64,000 nucleotides of DNA from Anaeramoeba ignava BMAN (taxonomy: Eukaryota; Protista; Anaeramoebae), in assembly GCA_028826165.1 (NCBI GenBank), contig JAPDFW010000082.1, positions 248,001-312,000 on the forward strand, read 5' to 3'. Within the stretch, counting starts at the first letter, position 1. Each line of letters begins with the position of its first letter. The translations under genes and the position numbers were made by a program. The notes under the pieces are model-generated. The model was not told where the DNA came from and searched no databases. It saw only the letters and a program-made list of their open reading frames with translations. Shown piece by piece: positions 22,310 through 34,353 of this stretch.

Positions 22310-24676
22310 TCAAAATCGAATTTCATAAAATTTTTCAGGAGAATAAGTTATATAACGAACCCAAGAAAAGGATTCATAATTTGATTTTTCATAAATTTTT
22401 AAAAATTCAACACGAATTCCAGAAAGAATATGATTTGGCATTCCAAATTGGATTGTAATTGGTTGTTTTTCATTTTTAGTTTTTGTATCTTTTGAAAATG
22501 AAGATAAACCGAAATGGGCTTTAAGAGTATATTCTTTTTTGCCTTGAAAAATCTTGAAGAACCAAATCAAGCAATTCAAATCAGGACGATAATCACATTT
22601 TCCTCTTGAGGTTTTAATTTTTGGAGAATCAGCAAATTCAGAAACAGGAATAATTACTAAAACTTTTTTTGCTTCCCATTTTTCATTAAACATTGATTTT
22701 ACTTTGATTAAATATTCAATTCTTGAACCTGGATGTTTTTCAACCATTGTTTCCACTAGAAATGGTGGTTTTACTTTTCCTGAAATTCTGTATGACATTA
22801 ATTCAAATTTTATATCTGGTGGAATGAATGTGATTGTTCTTGATGATTCAAATTCTTTCAATCTAACACATGGATGAAATTTGAGATCATCAAATTCAAT
22901 TTGCGGATTTGCTTTTGATTTTTCTGTTGTTGAATCTTTTGAAAATTTTTAATTTTTTATTTTAATTTTTTAATTGTTTTTTATTTTACTTAATGTTTCT
23001 GAAAGTCTAATTTTGTCGTTAAGTCCTAAATGAACTGTTGGATTTCCTGTCAATCTAGGGAACATTTTAATTGAACCAATGATTTCAGAACTAATTATTT
23101 CATTTGATTTGAATTTAATTTGATTTAAATTTAATTTGATTTGATTTTATTTTGATTTGATTTGATTTAATTTGATTTGATTTGATTTAATTTGGTTTGA
23201 TTTATTTTAATTTGATTTAATTTAATTTAATTTAATTTAATTTGGATTTAATTTGATTTAATTTGGATTTAATTTGATTTAATTTGATTTAATTTAATTT
23301 AATTTGATTTAATTTGAATTTAAATTTATTTAATTTAATTTGATTTTATTTAAATTGATTTGATTTAATTTAATTTAATTTGATTTAAATTTGATTTAAA
23401 TTTGATTTTATTTAATTTAATTTTATTTGATTTGATTTAATTTGATTTGATTTTATTTTTTTGATTTGATTTGATTTAATTTGATTTAATTTAAATTTAT
23501 TTAATTTAAATTTATTTAATTTGATTTAAAATTTTGATTTAAATTTAAATTTGATTTAAATTTAAATTTGATTTAATTTAATTTAATTTAATTTAATTTG
23601 ATTTTTTAAATTTGATTTAAATTTGATTTAATTTGATTTAATTTGATTTAAATTTGATTTAAAATTTAATTTGATTTGATTTAATTTAATTTAATTTGAT
23701 TTAATTTAATTTTATTTGATTTTATTTTTTGATTTGAATTTAATTTGATTTGATTTGATTTTGATTTTATTTAAATTGATTTGATTTGATTTGATTTGAT
23801 TTGATTTGGGTTGATTTGATTTGATTTACTTTTGATTTAATTTGATTTAAATTTGATTTAAATTTGATTTGATTTGATTTAATTTGATTTAATTTAATTT
23901 TATTTAATTTAATTTGATTTAATTTAATTTTATTTAATTTAAATTTGATTTAATTTGATTTAAATTTATTTAATTTGATTTAATTTAATTTTATTTGATT
24001 TAATTTGATTTAAATTTAATTTGATTTAATTTGATTTTATTTGATTTAATTTGATTTGATTTGATTTGGGTTGATTTGATTTGATTTACTTAATAACTCT
24101 TCCAGTTGAGGAAATTGTCATTTGAAGTTTTTCAGACACATCAACATAAACCTCATTCTTTTTAAATATAGCATTTCCAGATCTCCAAGATACAGCACTT
24201 GTTAAAACAGTTGTGATTGAATTTTTTTGATTACTTTCAACAAATTGATTTGCTTCTGATGAAATATATTCCTTTAGTAGACTAGATTCTGAAAGTTGAG
24301 GATAACCAAAATCCATCATTTCATCAAGTAATTGATGAATTAAAACATAATTATCTGTTATACTTTCTTCATTCACGATTTGAAAATAATCTTGAAAAAC
24401 TTGAATTGTTTTATAAAGAAATTCTATAATGATTCCCACATTTAAATTTGTTGTTGTTTTTGCTATTCCTACAAAATCAAGTGAATTGTGTGTTATAAAA
24501 ATATAAGATGTTCCTTCTTGATCCTCAATTATAGGCTTTTTTTCACTTTCATTTTCTTGTTCTCTTATTTTATTAAAAAAATTTTTGATTTTTATTATTG
24601 AAAATTCTCCTCTATATATTCTTGATATTAAAATAGTTCCTTTTGGATTTATTATTAAAATTCCTGAACAAGCCAT
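22310..24676 (-). CDS. AP1M: Adaptor complex medium subunit, AP-1 mu-like (3 exons)
   Basis: DNYVLIHQLLDEMMDFGYPQ, AVSWRS, KKNEVYVDV, LGLNDK, DDLKFHPCVRL, FIPPD.KFELMSYR, WVRYIT; introns 24089..23091 and ~22989..22936. Confidence 0.85.
23100..24085 (-). repeat. Intronic (AAATC/AAATT)n pentamer array
   Basis: Fills AP-mu intron 1. Confidence 0.9.
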
Positions 24677-24960
24677 TTCAAACTATTTTTTATTACTATT
24701 AATTATTTTATATTTTATATTTTTAAATGATTATTGATTATTAAAAAAAGAGAAAAGAGAAAAAGAAAAAAAATGAAATCTTTTTCTTCTTTTCTTTTAA
24801 TTTTTAATTTTTAATTTTTATTTTTAATTTTTTGATTTTAATGATGAAAGATGACGTTTTATGCAATAAAAATAAAACAACATTATTTAATTTTTTTTTC
24901 CCTTTTTTTTTTCAAATCATTTTTCTTTTTCATTTTTTTAAAAAAAAAAATAAAACTAAA

Positions 24961-27900
24961 ATGCTTGGTATTAAATTATAAATTACAAAAAACAAAACAA
25001 AAGAAAAAGATCCGAAATTCATTTATTAATATTTTTCCATTTTAAACCAATTTGAATTTATTATTATTTATTATTAATTAATTAATTTGATAAAAAGATA
25101 TTGAAGCAGAAAAAACTTGGAAAACAATTGAATTTAATAACGTTAAACCTCCTACTCAAAGATTTCGACCAGCTCATGTTCTTTACCAAAATAAAGTATG
25201 GATTCATGGAGGAACAACAACAAATAGTGGTGATTGCGATGAACTTTATCAATATGATATTGGTATTTTGATTTCTTTATTGATTCTATTTATCAAATTT
25301 TCATTAATTTAATTCCTATTTTTTTTTTTTCTTTCTTCTAAAAAAAAAAGAAACTTGTGAATGGAAAGAAGTAGTTCAAAAGGGATCAATAATTGGCAAA
25401 AGACATGGTCATACTGCTGTTGTTTATCACGATTTTATGTTTGTTTTTGGAGGTTTGTTTTCTCTTTTTTGATTTTTTTTTTAATCCAAAAAATTTTTCC
25501 GTTTTTTTTCAATTTATGAAAATATAATTTATTAATATATATCTAATTCTTGATTTAATTATTTTTAGGTTATGGAGGTAATGAAAATCCCTTTTATATG
25601 TTTGAATTTGGTAAGTTCTTTTCTAGAAAGTATTTTTTTGCTTTTTAATTTTTTTTTCTCATTTTATTTTTTTGTTAAATAAATAAATAAATAATTAAAT
25701 AATTAATTAAATAATTAAAGCAACTGGTATTTGGACTGTTGTAAAATGTGAAGGAGAATTACCAAATAATTATCGATATCATACTGCTGTTGTTTATAAA
25801 GAGTAATGATCAAAATCAAAATTAAAATCAAAATCTAAAATCAAAATTAAAATCAAAATCTAAATCTAAATCAAATTAAATCTAAATCTAAATCTAAATC
25901 TAAATCAAAATCTAAATTAAAATCAAAATTTAAATCTAAATCAAAATCAAAATCTAAATCTAAATCTAAATCTAAATCTAAATCTAAATCTAAATCTAAA
26001 TCAAAATCAAAATCAAAATCAAAATCAAAATCAAAATCAAAATCAAAATCAAAATAAAAATCAAAATCAAAATCAAAATCAAAATTAAAATCAAAATCTA
26101 AATCAAAATTAAAATCTAAATCAAAATCTAAATCTAAATCTAAATCAAAATCAAAATCTAAATCTAAATCTAAATCTAAATCTAAATCTAAATCTAAATC
26201 AAAATCAAAATCAAAATCTAAATTAAAATCTAAATCTAAATCAAAATCAAAATCAAAATCAAAATCAAAATCAAAATCAAAATCTAAATTAAAATCAAAA
26301 TCTAAATCAAAATCAAAATCAAAATCAAAATCTAAAATCAAAATCAAAATCAAAATCAAAATCAAAATCAAAATCTAAAAAAATCAAAATCAAAATCAAA
26401 ATCAAAATCAAAATCAAAATCAAAATCAAAATCTAAATCAAAATTTAAATCTAAATCTAAATTAAATTTAAAGCGAAATGCTTGTTTATGGAAAAACTGG
26501 ATTTTTCAGTTCTGGAAGTTCTTTTCATATTTATAATTTCTTATCAAATACATGGACAAGAGTTGCGATTGATGATCCTCTTTTTTATTCAGATTCAAGT
26601 CATACAGCTGTTGTTTATGGTCATTCTTGTTTTATTTATGGAGGTTATTCCCATGGAGCATCAAATAATCGTTTTATACGTTATGATTTCCGTAAAAATA
26701 TTTAATATCAAATATATTTATAATTAAATATATTTAATATCAAATATATTTATAATTAAAAATAATTAAAATCAAAATATATTTAAAATTATATTTAAAA
26801 TCAAAATATATTTAATATTAAATATATTTATATCAAATATAATTAAAATCAAAATATATTTATAATCAAAATATATTTAAAATCAAAATATATTCAGCAA
26901 ATAAAAAATGGTCTGAAATTAAAGTTAATGGTCCTCCACCACCAAATCGAGAATCTCATTCTGCAATAATAAAATATCATGAAATGGTTACTTTTGGTGG
27001 TTCTGAAAGGAAAGTAGGAACATTTGGAACAATTTTCAATTATAATTTTCTTGAAAATAAATGGCATGAAATTGTCCCACGAGAAGGAACAGCACCTGAT
27101 CCACGAGGTAAATAAATTATTCTCCAAATTTAATTAAATATTTTTTGATTTAATTTAATTTAATATTTTGATTTAATTAAATATTTTGATTTAATTAAAT
27201 ATTTTGATTTAATTTAATATTTTTTGATTTATTTTCATTGAATATTTTGATTTAATTTAATATTTTTTGATTTAATTAAATATTTTGATTTAATTGAATA
27301 TTTTGATTTAATTTAATTTTTTGATTTAATTGAATATTTTGATTTAATTTAATATTTTGATTTAATTTAATATTTTTTGATTCATTTTCATTTAATATTT
27401 TGATTTAATATTTTTTGATTTGATTTAATTTAATATTTTGATTTTCATTTAATTAAATAAAAATAAAAAGATGACCATTCAGCAGTAATTTCTGAATCTA
27501 AAATGATTATATTTTTTGGAGTAACTTCAATGAATTCCAACTCAGAATTCTCACTTAATTCAGCAGCATTTAGTGATGCATTTGTGTATCAATTTGAAAT
27601 GAATATTTATTCTGACATGGAAAGATTTCTAACTAGAGAAGAATTCACAGATATCAGAATTGACACTATGGATTCGAAATTTATATCGTGCCATTCAGAA
27701 ATTGTTGCAGCACGATTTTTACCACGAAAATTTAGCAAAAATTTTTTCTTGCAAATTGTGAAATTGGAAGAATATGAAGTAGTGAAATTACTTTTAGAAT
27801 ATATTTATTACGATAAATACAGTTGCGAATACACGGATTTGAATGATAAACTCCAAGCATTAGCGAGTAAATTAGGGCTTCAAGAGCTCGAGGATTTATG

Positions 27901-28786
27901 TTCTGCAAAAGAATTGTTCAAGAAAACGCATTTGGGAGAAAATTTCAAAAAACTTTATTTGGAAGAAGAATCAAAAACATTCACAATAATTTGCCAAGAG
28001 AAAAGAATCCGGGTTCATAAGTCTATTTTGATATCAAGATCCGAATTATTTAGAGGACTTCTTTTTTCTGCCGATGATACAAGCGATGAAGTGAATGATA
28101 TGAGTGGATTATCTCCAGAAATGCTTGAACATTTTATTTACTTTCTTTATACTGATTCTATTCAGGATAACTTGGATCTTAAAGACTACATTGCTTTACT
28201 CGGTATTTCCGATTATTTTGGTCTTTCAAATAATTTGTTGGATTGGCAAATTGAAAAAATTTTGATCCAAAAAATTGATATGAATACTCTTCCTGATATT
28301 TTTGAAAAGGCTCTTACTCTTGATTTGAATTCTTTGAGAACTGCTTGTCTTGAATTTATTTTCCAGAATGATTTGGATAAAAATCCTGATTTCGATGATG
28401 TTTGTCAAGGTGAGCTTGATGTTGTTAAAGAACTTGCTCAAAATTATCGAAAGAAAAGAGAAACTGAAATTCAAAAGAATTTGGAAAAAGAAAAAAAGAA
28501 AAAGGAAGAAGAAGAAAGGCAAAAAAAAGAAACGGAAAGAAGGATTCATTTGTTAAATCCAGATTTCAATGATCAGAATTTATTACCTTTTACTTTTAAT
28601 TCATCTCCAATTCCAAATCCACCAAATACTTCAAATACTTCAAACACTTCAAATACTTCAAATACTTCAAACAATTCAAACAATTCAAACACTTCAAACA
28701 ATTCAAATACTTCAAACAATTCAAATAGAAATTCACAAAAAAAGATTGACAAAAAAGAGATTAAAAAAAAATGCAATTTCATGTGA
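24961..28786 (+). CDS. Kelch-repeat plus tandem BTB protein (LZTR1-like architecture), 8 exons
   Basis: Spliced Kelch blades (RHGHTAVVY...FGG, YRYHTAVVY, RESHSAII) followed by two BTB domains (FTDIRI...CHSEIVAAR; RVHKSILISRSELFRG...FLYTD); the first coding exon is only ATGCTTG. Confidence 0.85.
25805..26470 (+). repeat. Intronic (AAAATC/AAATCT)n array
   Basis: Fills a Kelch-gene intron. Confidence 0.9.
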
Positions 28787-28995
28787 GTTTCTTGAACAAA
28801 AACATTTTATCCGAAATGAATCACAATAATTTCTTTTCTATTTTCTTTTCTATTTCCTTTTTTATTTTCTTTTTATTTTCTTTTCTATTTTGGTATTCAA
28901 ATAAATAATTATGAAATTTTGTGATGAAAAAAATGGGTTTGCTTTTTTTTTTAATGAAAAAAAGAAGAATAAAAACTCCAATTTTATAATTTTTC

Positions 28996-31900
28996 TTAAT
29001 TTTCTTTATCTTCTTTTTTAATTTCATTTTCTTTTTTAATTTCATTTTCTTTTTTAATTTCATTTTCTTTTTTAATTTCATTTTCTTTTTTAATTTCATT
29101 TTCTTTCTTAATTTCATTTTCTTTTTTAATTTCATTTTCTTTTTTAATTTCATTTTCTTTATTAATTTCATCTTCTTTTTTAATTTCATTTTCTTTATTA
29201 ATTTCATTTTCTTTTTTAATTTCATCTTCTTTTTTAATTTCATTTTCTTTTTTAACTTCATCTTCTTTCTTAATTTCATTTTCATTATTAACTTCATCAT
29301 TACTTTCATCATCACTTTCATCATAATCTCCATCACCAATAATAGCTTCTGTTTGATTTTCTAAATTTTTTTTTCTCTCTTGATAAGATTGAAGTTTTTG
29401 AGGAGCTTTTCCCATAAATTTAAGAAAGAAAGGATAAAAATTTCCATTTGGATTAACAAAAGAATTAATATGTAAATCATCAAAAATTGCAAAAACAACT
29501 TCTTTAAATCTTCCATTAAACTCTTCAGAAAACAAAGTATTATAAAACAATTCTGCCATATGTTTAGCAGGATTACCGAAAGCGCCACATCCATAAGCAG
29601 ATAAAACAATATATTCATGTCCATGATTAGCACAACAAGCTAATAGTGACTCTATTTTCCTTTTTGTTACTCTTTCATCATCTGGATGTAATCGATATTC
29701 TCCTTTTCGATTTATAAGTTTGGAATCATGTGGAGCAGCAGAAGCAACAAATGATAGTAAATAAGGTTCCTCAAGAAATTGGTATTTCTTTTTTTCTTCA
29801 TCTCGGAATATAATTACACTTTAAATTAAAAATTATTTGAAATATTTTGAATTTTAATTGATTTTTATTTATTTTTATTTTAAAATTTACTTCGGCGAAT
29901 AAACACAACCATTTGTAGGAATTGGATATTTCCATTTTCTTTTTGGATCAAATTTTTTTTTTGGATCTTCTAATAGTTGATAATAGTTTGATCTTCGAAA
30001 AATATTTTCTTCTTGTGCTCTTGCTCCAGCTTTATATCCCTTTTTGATTTTAAATTTTAATTTTGAATTTAAATTTTAATTTTAATTTTAATTTTGAATT
30101 TAATTTTAATTTGAATTTAATTTTGAATTTGAATTTGAATTTGAATTTGAATTTGAATTTGAATTTGATTTTAAATTATAAGATAAAAGATAAAATACTC
30201 CTCCTGGAACAAAAGGATTTGCCATGTTTAAAACAATAGGTTGGGATTTTGTTCTTTGTAAAATTTCATATGCTGCAACTAAGCAATCTGAATCAACAAC
30301 ATTAACTTTTGTTTCATAATTTGGATTAGGTCCAAGTTCTGGTTTTTCTTTATACATAACACAATTTTGAGCTTGTTTTTCCACAAATTTTGAATTAAAT
30401 TCCCATTTTACTCCTGATGGAGTAACATAACTGATTATTTATAAATTAAATTATAAATAAAATTATAAATAAAATTATAAATTATATTATAAATAAAATT
30501 ATAAATAAAATTATAAATAAAATTATAAATAAAATTATAAATTAAATTATAAATAAAATTATAAATAAAATTATAAATTAAAATTATAAATTAAATTATA
30601 AATAAAATTATAAATAAAATTATAAATAAAATTATAAATAAAATTATAAATAAAATTATAAATAAATTATAAATTAAATTATAAATTAAATTATAAATAA
30701 AATTATAAATAAAATTATAAATAAAATTATAAATAAAATTATAAATAAAATTATAAATAAAATTATAAATAAAATTATAAATAAAATTATAAATAAATAT
30801 AAATTAAATTATAAATAAAAATATAAATAAAAATATAAATTAAATTATAAATTAAATTATAAATTAAATTATAAATTAAAATTATAAATTAAAATTATAA
30901 ATTAAATTATAAATAAAATTATAAATAAAATTATAAATTAAATTATAAATTAAAATTATAAATAAAAATTATAAATAAAATTATAAATAAAATTATAAAA
31001 TAAAATTATAAATAAAATTATAAATAAAATTATAAATAAAATTATAAATAAAATTATAAATAAAATTATAAATTAAATTATAAATAAAATTATAAATAAA
31101 ATTATAAATTAAAATTATAAATTAAATTATAAAATAAAATTATAAATAAAAATTATAAATAAAAATAATAAATTAAATTATAAATAATATTATAAATAAA
31201 ATTATAAATAAAAATTATAAATTATATTATAAATTAAATTATAAATAAAAATTGTAAATTAAATTATAAATAAAATTATAAATAAAAATTATAAATAAAA
31301 TTATAAATAAAATTATAAATAAAATTATAAATAAAATTATAAATAAAATTATAAATAAAATTATAAATAAAATTATAAATAAAAATATAAATTAAATTAT
31401 AAATAAAAATATAAATAAAAATATAAATTAAATTATAAATTAAATTATAAATTAAATTATAAATTAAATTATAAATTAAATTATAAATAAAATTATAAAT
31501 AAAATTATAAATAAAATTATAAATTAAATTATAAATTAAATTATAAATAAAATTATAAATAAAATTATAAATAAAATTATAAATAAAATTATAAATAAAA
31601 TTATAAATAAAATTATAAATTAAATTATAAATAAAATTATAAATAAAATTATAAATAAAATTATAAATTAAATTATAAATAATATTATAAAATTTTACTT
31701 CATATGTTCACAATATCTAATAGTGTGATTTTGAATTTCTCTAAGCCAAGTTGAAAGAGGTTCTGGTTTATAATCCTCTCTATATTTTAAATGTTAAAAT
31801 TTTAAAAAAGAATTATGAAAAAGATTTAAAAAAAAAAGTTTCAAAAGAGGAAAATAATAGAAGAAACGAACATAATTCCTGCTTTACGAAAAGGTTTTAA

Positions 31901-31996
31901 ATCTTCTTTTAATTCTTTTTCTTGTTCTTTTTCTTCTTTTTCTTTTAATTCTTTTTCTTTTTCTTTTTCTTCTAATTCTTGTTCTTGTTTTTTCAT
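28996..31996 (-). CDS. Microbial-type poly(ADP-ribose) glycohydrolase / TIGR02452 (DUF2263) macrodomain protein, 5 exons
   Basis: LNMANPFVPGGGYKAGARAQEENIFRRS (GGG-x-QEE catalytic loop), VYSPNVIIFRD, LSAYGCGAFGNP, FKEVVFAI; KKENEI repeat tail. Confidence 0.9.
30440..31692. repeat. Intronic 11-12-bp satellite (TTATAAATAAAA)
   Basis: Almost pure A/T array of about 1.25 kb inside the PARG intron. Confidence 0.95.
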
Positions 31997-32232
31997 TATT
32001 AATTAAAAAAATGAAATAATAAAAAATGAAAAAAAAAAATTAATAATAGAAACAATATGGGGATATAAATTTATACATACTTCTAAAAAACAAAAAAAAT
32101 TAATTAAAAATTAATAAATAAAAAATTAAAAAAAAAATTTTTACAAATCATTTTTTTTTTTACATTTAAATAAAAAAAAATTTTATAAAAAGCAACAAAA
32201 AAGTCAAAAAAATTAAAAAAAAAAACCATAAA

Positions 32233-34056
32233 ATGTTAACAGCAAAACATTTTACAAAACAAGAAATACTTTCAAAAATACCAATTTTCAAACAAGCATT
32301 GACAACAACAATGAAAAACACAGTTGTCTTTAAAATCAATGACAAACTTTGTGAAGCAGAAAAAGGGACAACAATAATAGAAGCATGTCGAAAATACGGG
32401 GTGCCAGTGCCAACTTTATGTTATCATCCAATGCTTCCACCTGTTGGTAAATGTCGGTTATGCCTAGTTGACATTAACAACTCAGGAAAATTATCACCGG
32501 CATGCACGACCCCAGTAGCGCAAGATATGGAGATTCAGACAAACACACCGCGGGTAATCAACACGGTGAAAACAAACCTTGAGCTTTTACTTTCAAGCCA
32601 CCCACAGGAATGTACGGGATGCGAGTCAAGCGGGAGATGCGAATTGCAGAAATTAGCGTATATTTATGACATTAAAGGAAAATTCGGGGGCAAAATGAAT
32701 GAAAATCGGGAAGCCGTTGATCGTAGTTCACCTTCTGTTCTGCGAGATATGGAGAAGTGTGTTATGTGCGGGAGATGTGTGCGAGCATGCTCGGTTTTAC
32801 AAGGAATGAACATTTTAGGATTTGCCGGGAGAGGGGACACTTCTGTTCCAGAAACGGCATTTGGACTTCCTATTGGAACCACGACTTGCATCAATTGCGG
32901 ACAGTGTTCGTTCTATTGTCCTGTGGGGGCTATCACGGAGAACTCGTGTGTGCGGGAGGTGCACAATATACTTAAGAACAAGGACGGACGCATTGTAGTT
33001 TTCCAAACTGCACCAGCAACACGAGTTGCGATCAGCGAGGAGTTTGGGATGGAGCCTGGGACAATCTCCACAGGAAAGCTCGCGGCTGCATTACGAGAGC
33101 TTGGAGCAGACGCAGTATTTGACACCAACTTCACTGCGGATCTGACGATTCTTGAAGAGGGAAGCGAGCTTCTTGATCGAGTAGCGAACAAAGGGGTGTT
33201 GCCGATGTTTACCTCATGCTGTCCTGCTTGGATCAACATGGTCGAAAAACTATATCCCGAACTGATTCCAAATCTTTCATCCGCTCGATCGCCTCAGGGA
33301 ATGATGGGGTCGTTGATCAAACGGTACTGGGCTCAAAAAATGGGGGTTGATCCAAAAAAAATCGTGTCAGTTTCAGTGATGCCCTGCACAGCCAAAAAGG
33401 ACGAAATTACGCGTCCTCAATTGACCCTTGATGACGGAACCCCCGAAACAGACTTTGTGCTCACGACCCGCGAGCTGGGAAAACTCATCAAACTCAACAA
33501 CATTCCGTTTGCTTCTCTTAAAGAAATCCCCCATGATGATCCACTTGGAGAATCCACTGGAGCTGCCGACATCTTCGCAAACACAGGCGGCGTTATGGAA
33601 GCTGCTTTGAGAACCGCCTATGAAATTGGCACAGGCTCCCCGCTCCCAACAATGCACTTCACTCCTGTAAGAGGTTTTGATTCAATGAAAGAGGCTCACA
33701 TCGACTTCAACGGCATAGACTTTAAGGTCGCTGTTGTTCATGGTGCCGCTAACATCCATAAATATATCGAAAAAATGAAGAAGGGAGAAGTCAGTCACCA
33801 CTTCGTTGAGTTCATGGTCTGCAAAGGAGGTTGCATCGGTGGCGGAGGTGAGCCAAAATCTATCTCTGCTGACTATCTTCTTAAAAGAATGAATGGTATC
33901 TATAAAATTGATGATACTAAAGAAATGAAAAAATCTCATGTCAATCCTTCAATTCAACGTCTCTATAAATTCTTCCTTGAAAAACCCCTTTCCCATAAAT
34001 CCCATAAACTCCTCCATACTCATTACAAAGACAGATCCACTAACTTTAACAAATAA
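32233..34056 (+). CDS. hydA: Long-form [FeFe]-hydrogenase with probable hydrogenosomal presequence
   Basis: 2Fe-2S domain (PTLCYH...CRLC...PAC), His-ligated cluster (HPQECTGC...C), two 4Fe-4S motifs (CVMCGRCVRAC, CINCGQCSFYCP), H-cluster motifs TSCCPAW, MPCTAKKDE and EFMVCKGGCIGGGG, and C-terminal LLHTHY. Confidence 0.97.
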   Translation: MLTAKHFTKQEILSKIPIFKQALTTTMKNTVVFKINDKLCEAEKGTTIIEACRKYGVPVPTLCYHPMLPPVGKCRLCLVDINNSGKLSPACTTPVAQDMEIQTNTPRVINTVKTNLELLLSSHPQECTGCESSGRCELQKLAYIYDIKGKFGGKMNENREAVDRSSPSVLRDMEKCVMCGRCVRACSVLQGMNILGFAGRGDTSVPETAFGLPIGTTTCINCGQCSFYCPVGAITENSCVREVHNILKNKDGRIVVFQTAPATRVAISEEFGMEPGTISTGKLAAALRELGADAVFDTNFTADLTILEEGSELLDRVANKGVLPMFTSCCPAWINMVEKLYPELIPNLSSARSPQGMMGSLIKRYWAQKMGVDPKKIVSVSVMPCTAKKDEITRPQLTLDDGTPETDFVLTTRELGKLIKLNNIPFASLKEIPHDDPLGESTGAADIFANTGGVMEAALRTAYEIGTGSPLPTMHFTPVRGFDSMKEAHIDFNGIDFKVAVVHGAANIHKYIEKMKKGEVSHHFVEFMVCKGGCIGGGGEPKSISADYLLKRMNGIYKIDDTKEMKKSHVNPSIQRLYKFFLEKPLSHKSHKLLHTHYKDRSTNFNK

Positions 34057-34353
34057 TTAGTTTGTTTTTCCTTTCTTCTTTCTTTGGATTTCTTTCTTTT
34101 TTACTTTTTACTTTTTTACTTTTTTACTTTTTTACTTTTTTTTTTTTCTTCGAAAAATTTTTTCTTTCAAATTTTTTTTTCGTTTTTTTTCATTTCGATC
34201 AAAAAAAAAAAACCAATAAAAAACCTTTCTTTTTTTTAAAGAAAAAACCAAATTAAATTTAAAACATTTTGGATTTTAAAAAATTTATACTAAAAATTCA
34301 GAAAAAAAAAGAGGAATGAGAAAAATTCCTTTTTAAAATGCTATTTTTCATTA

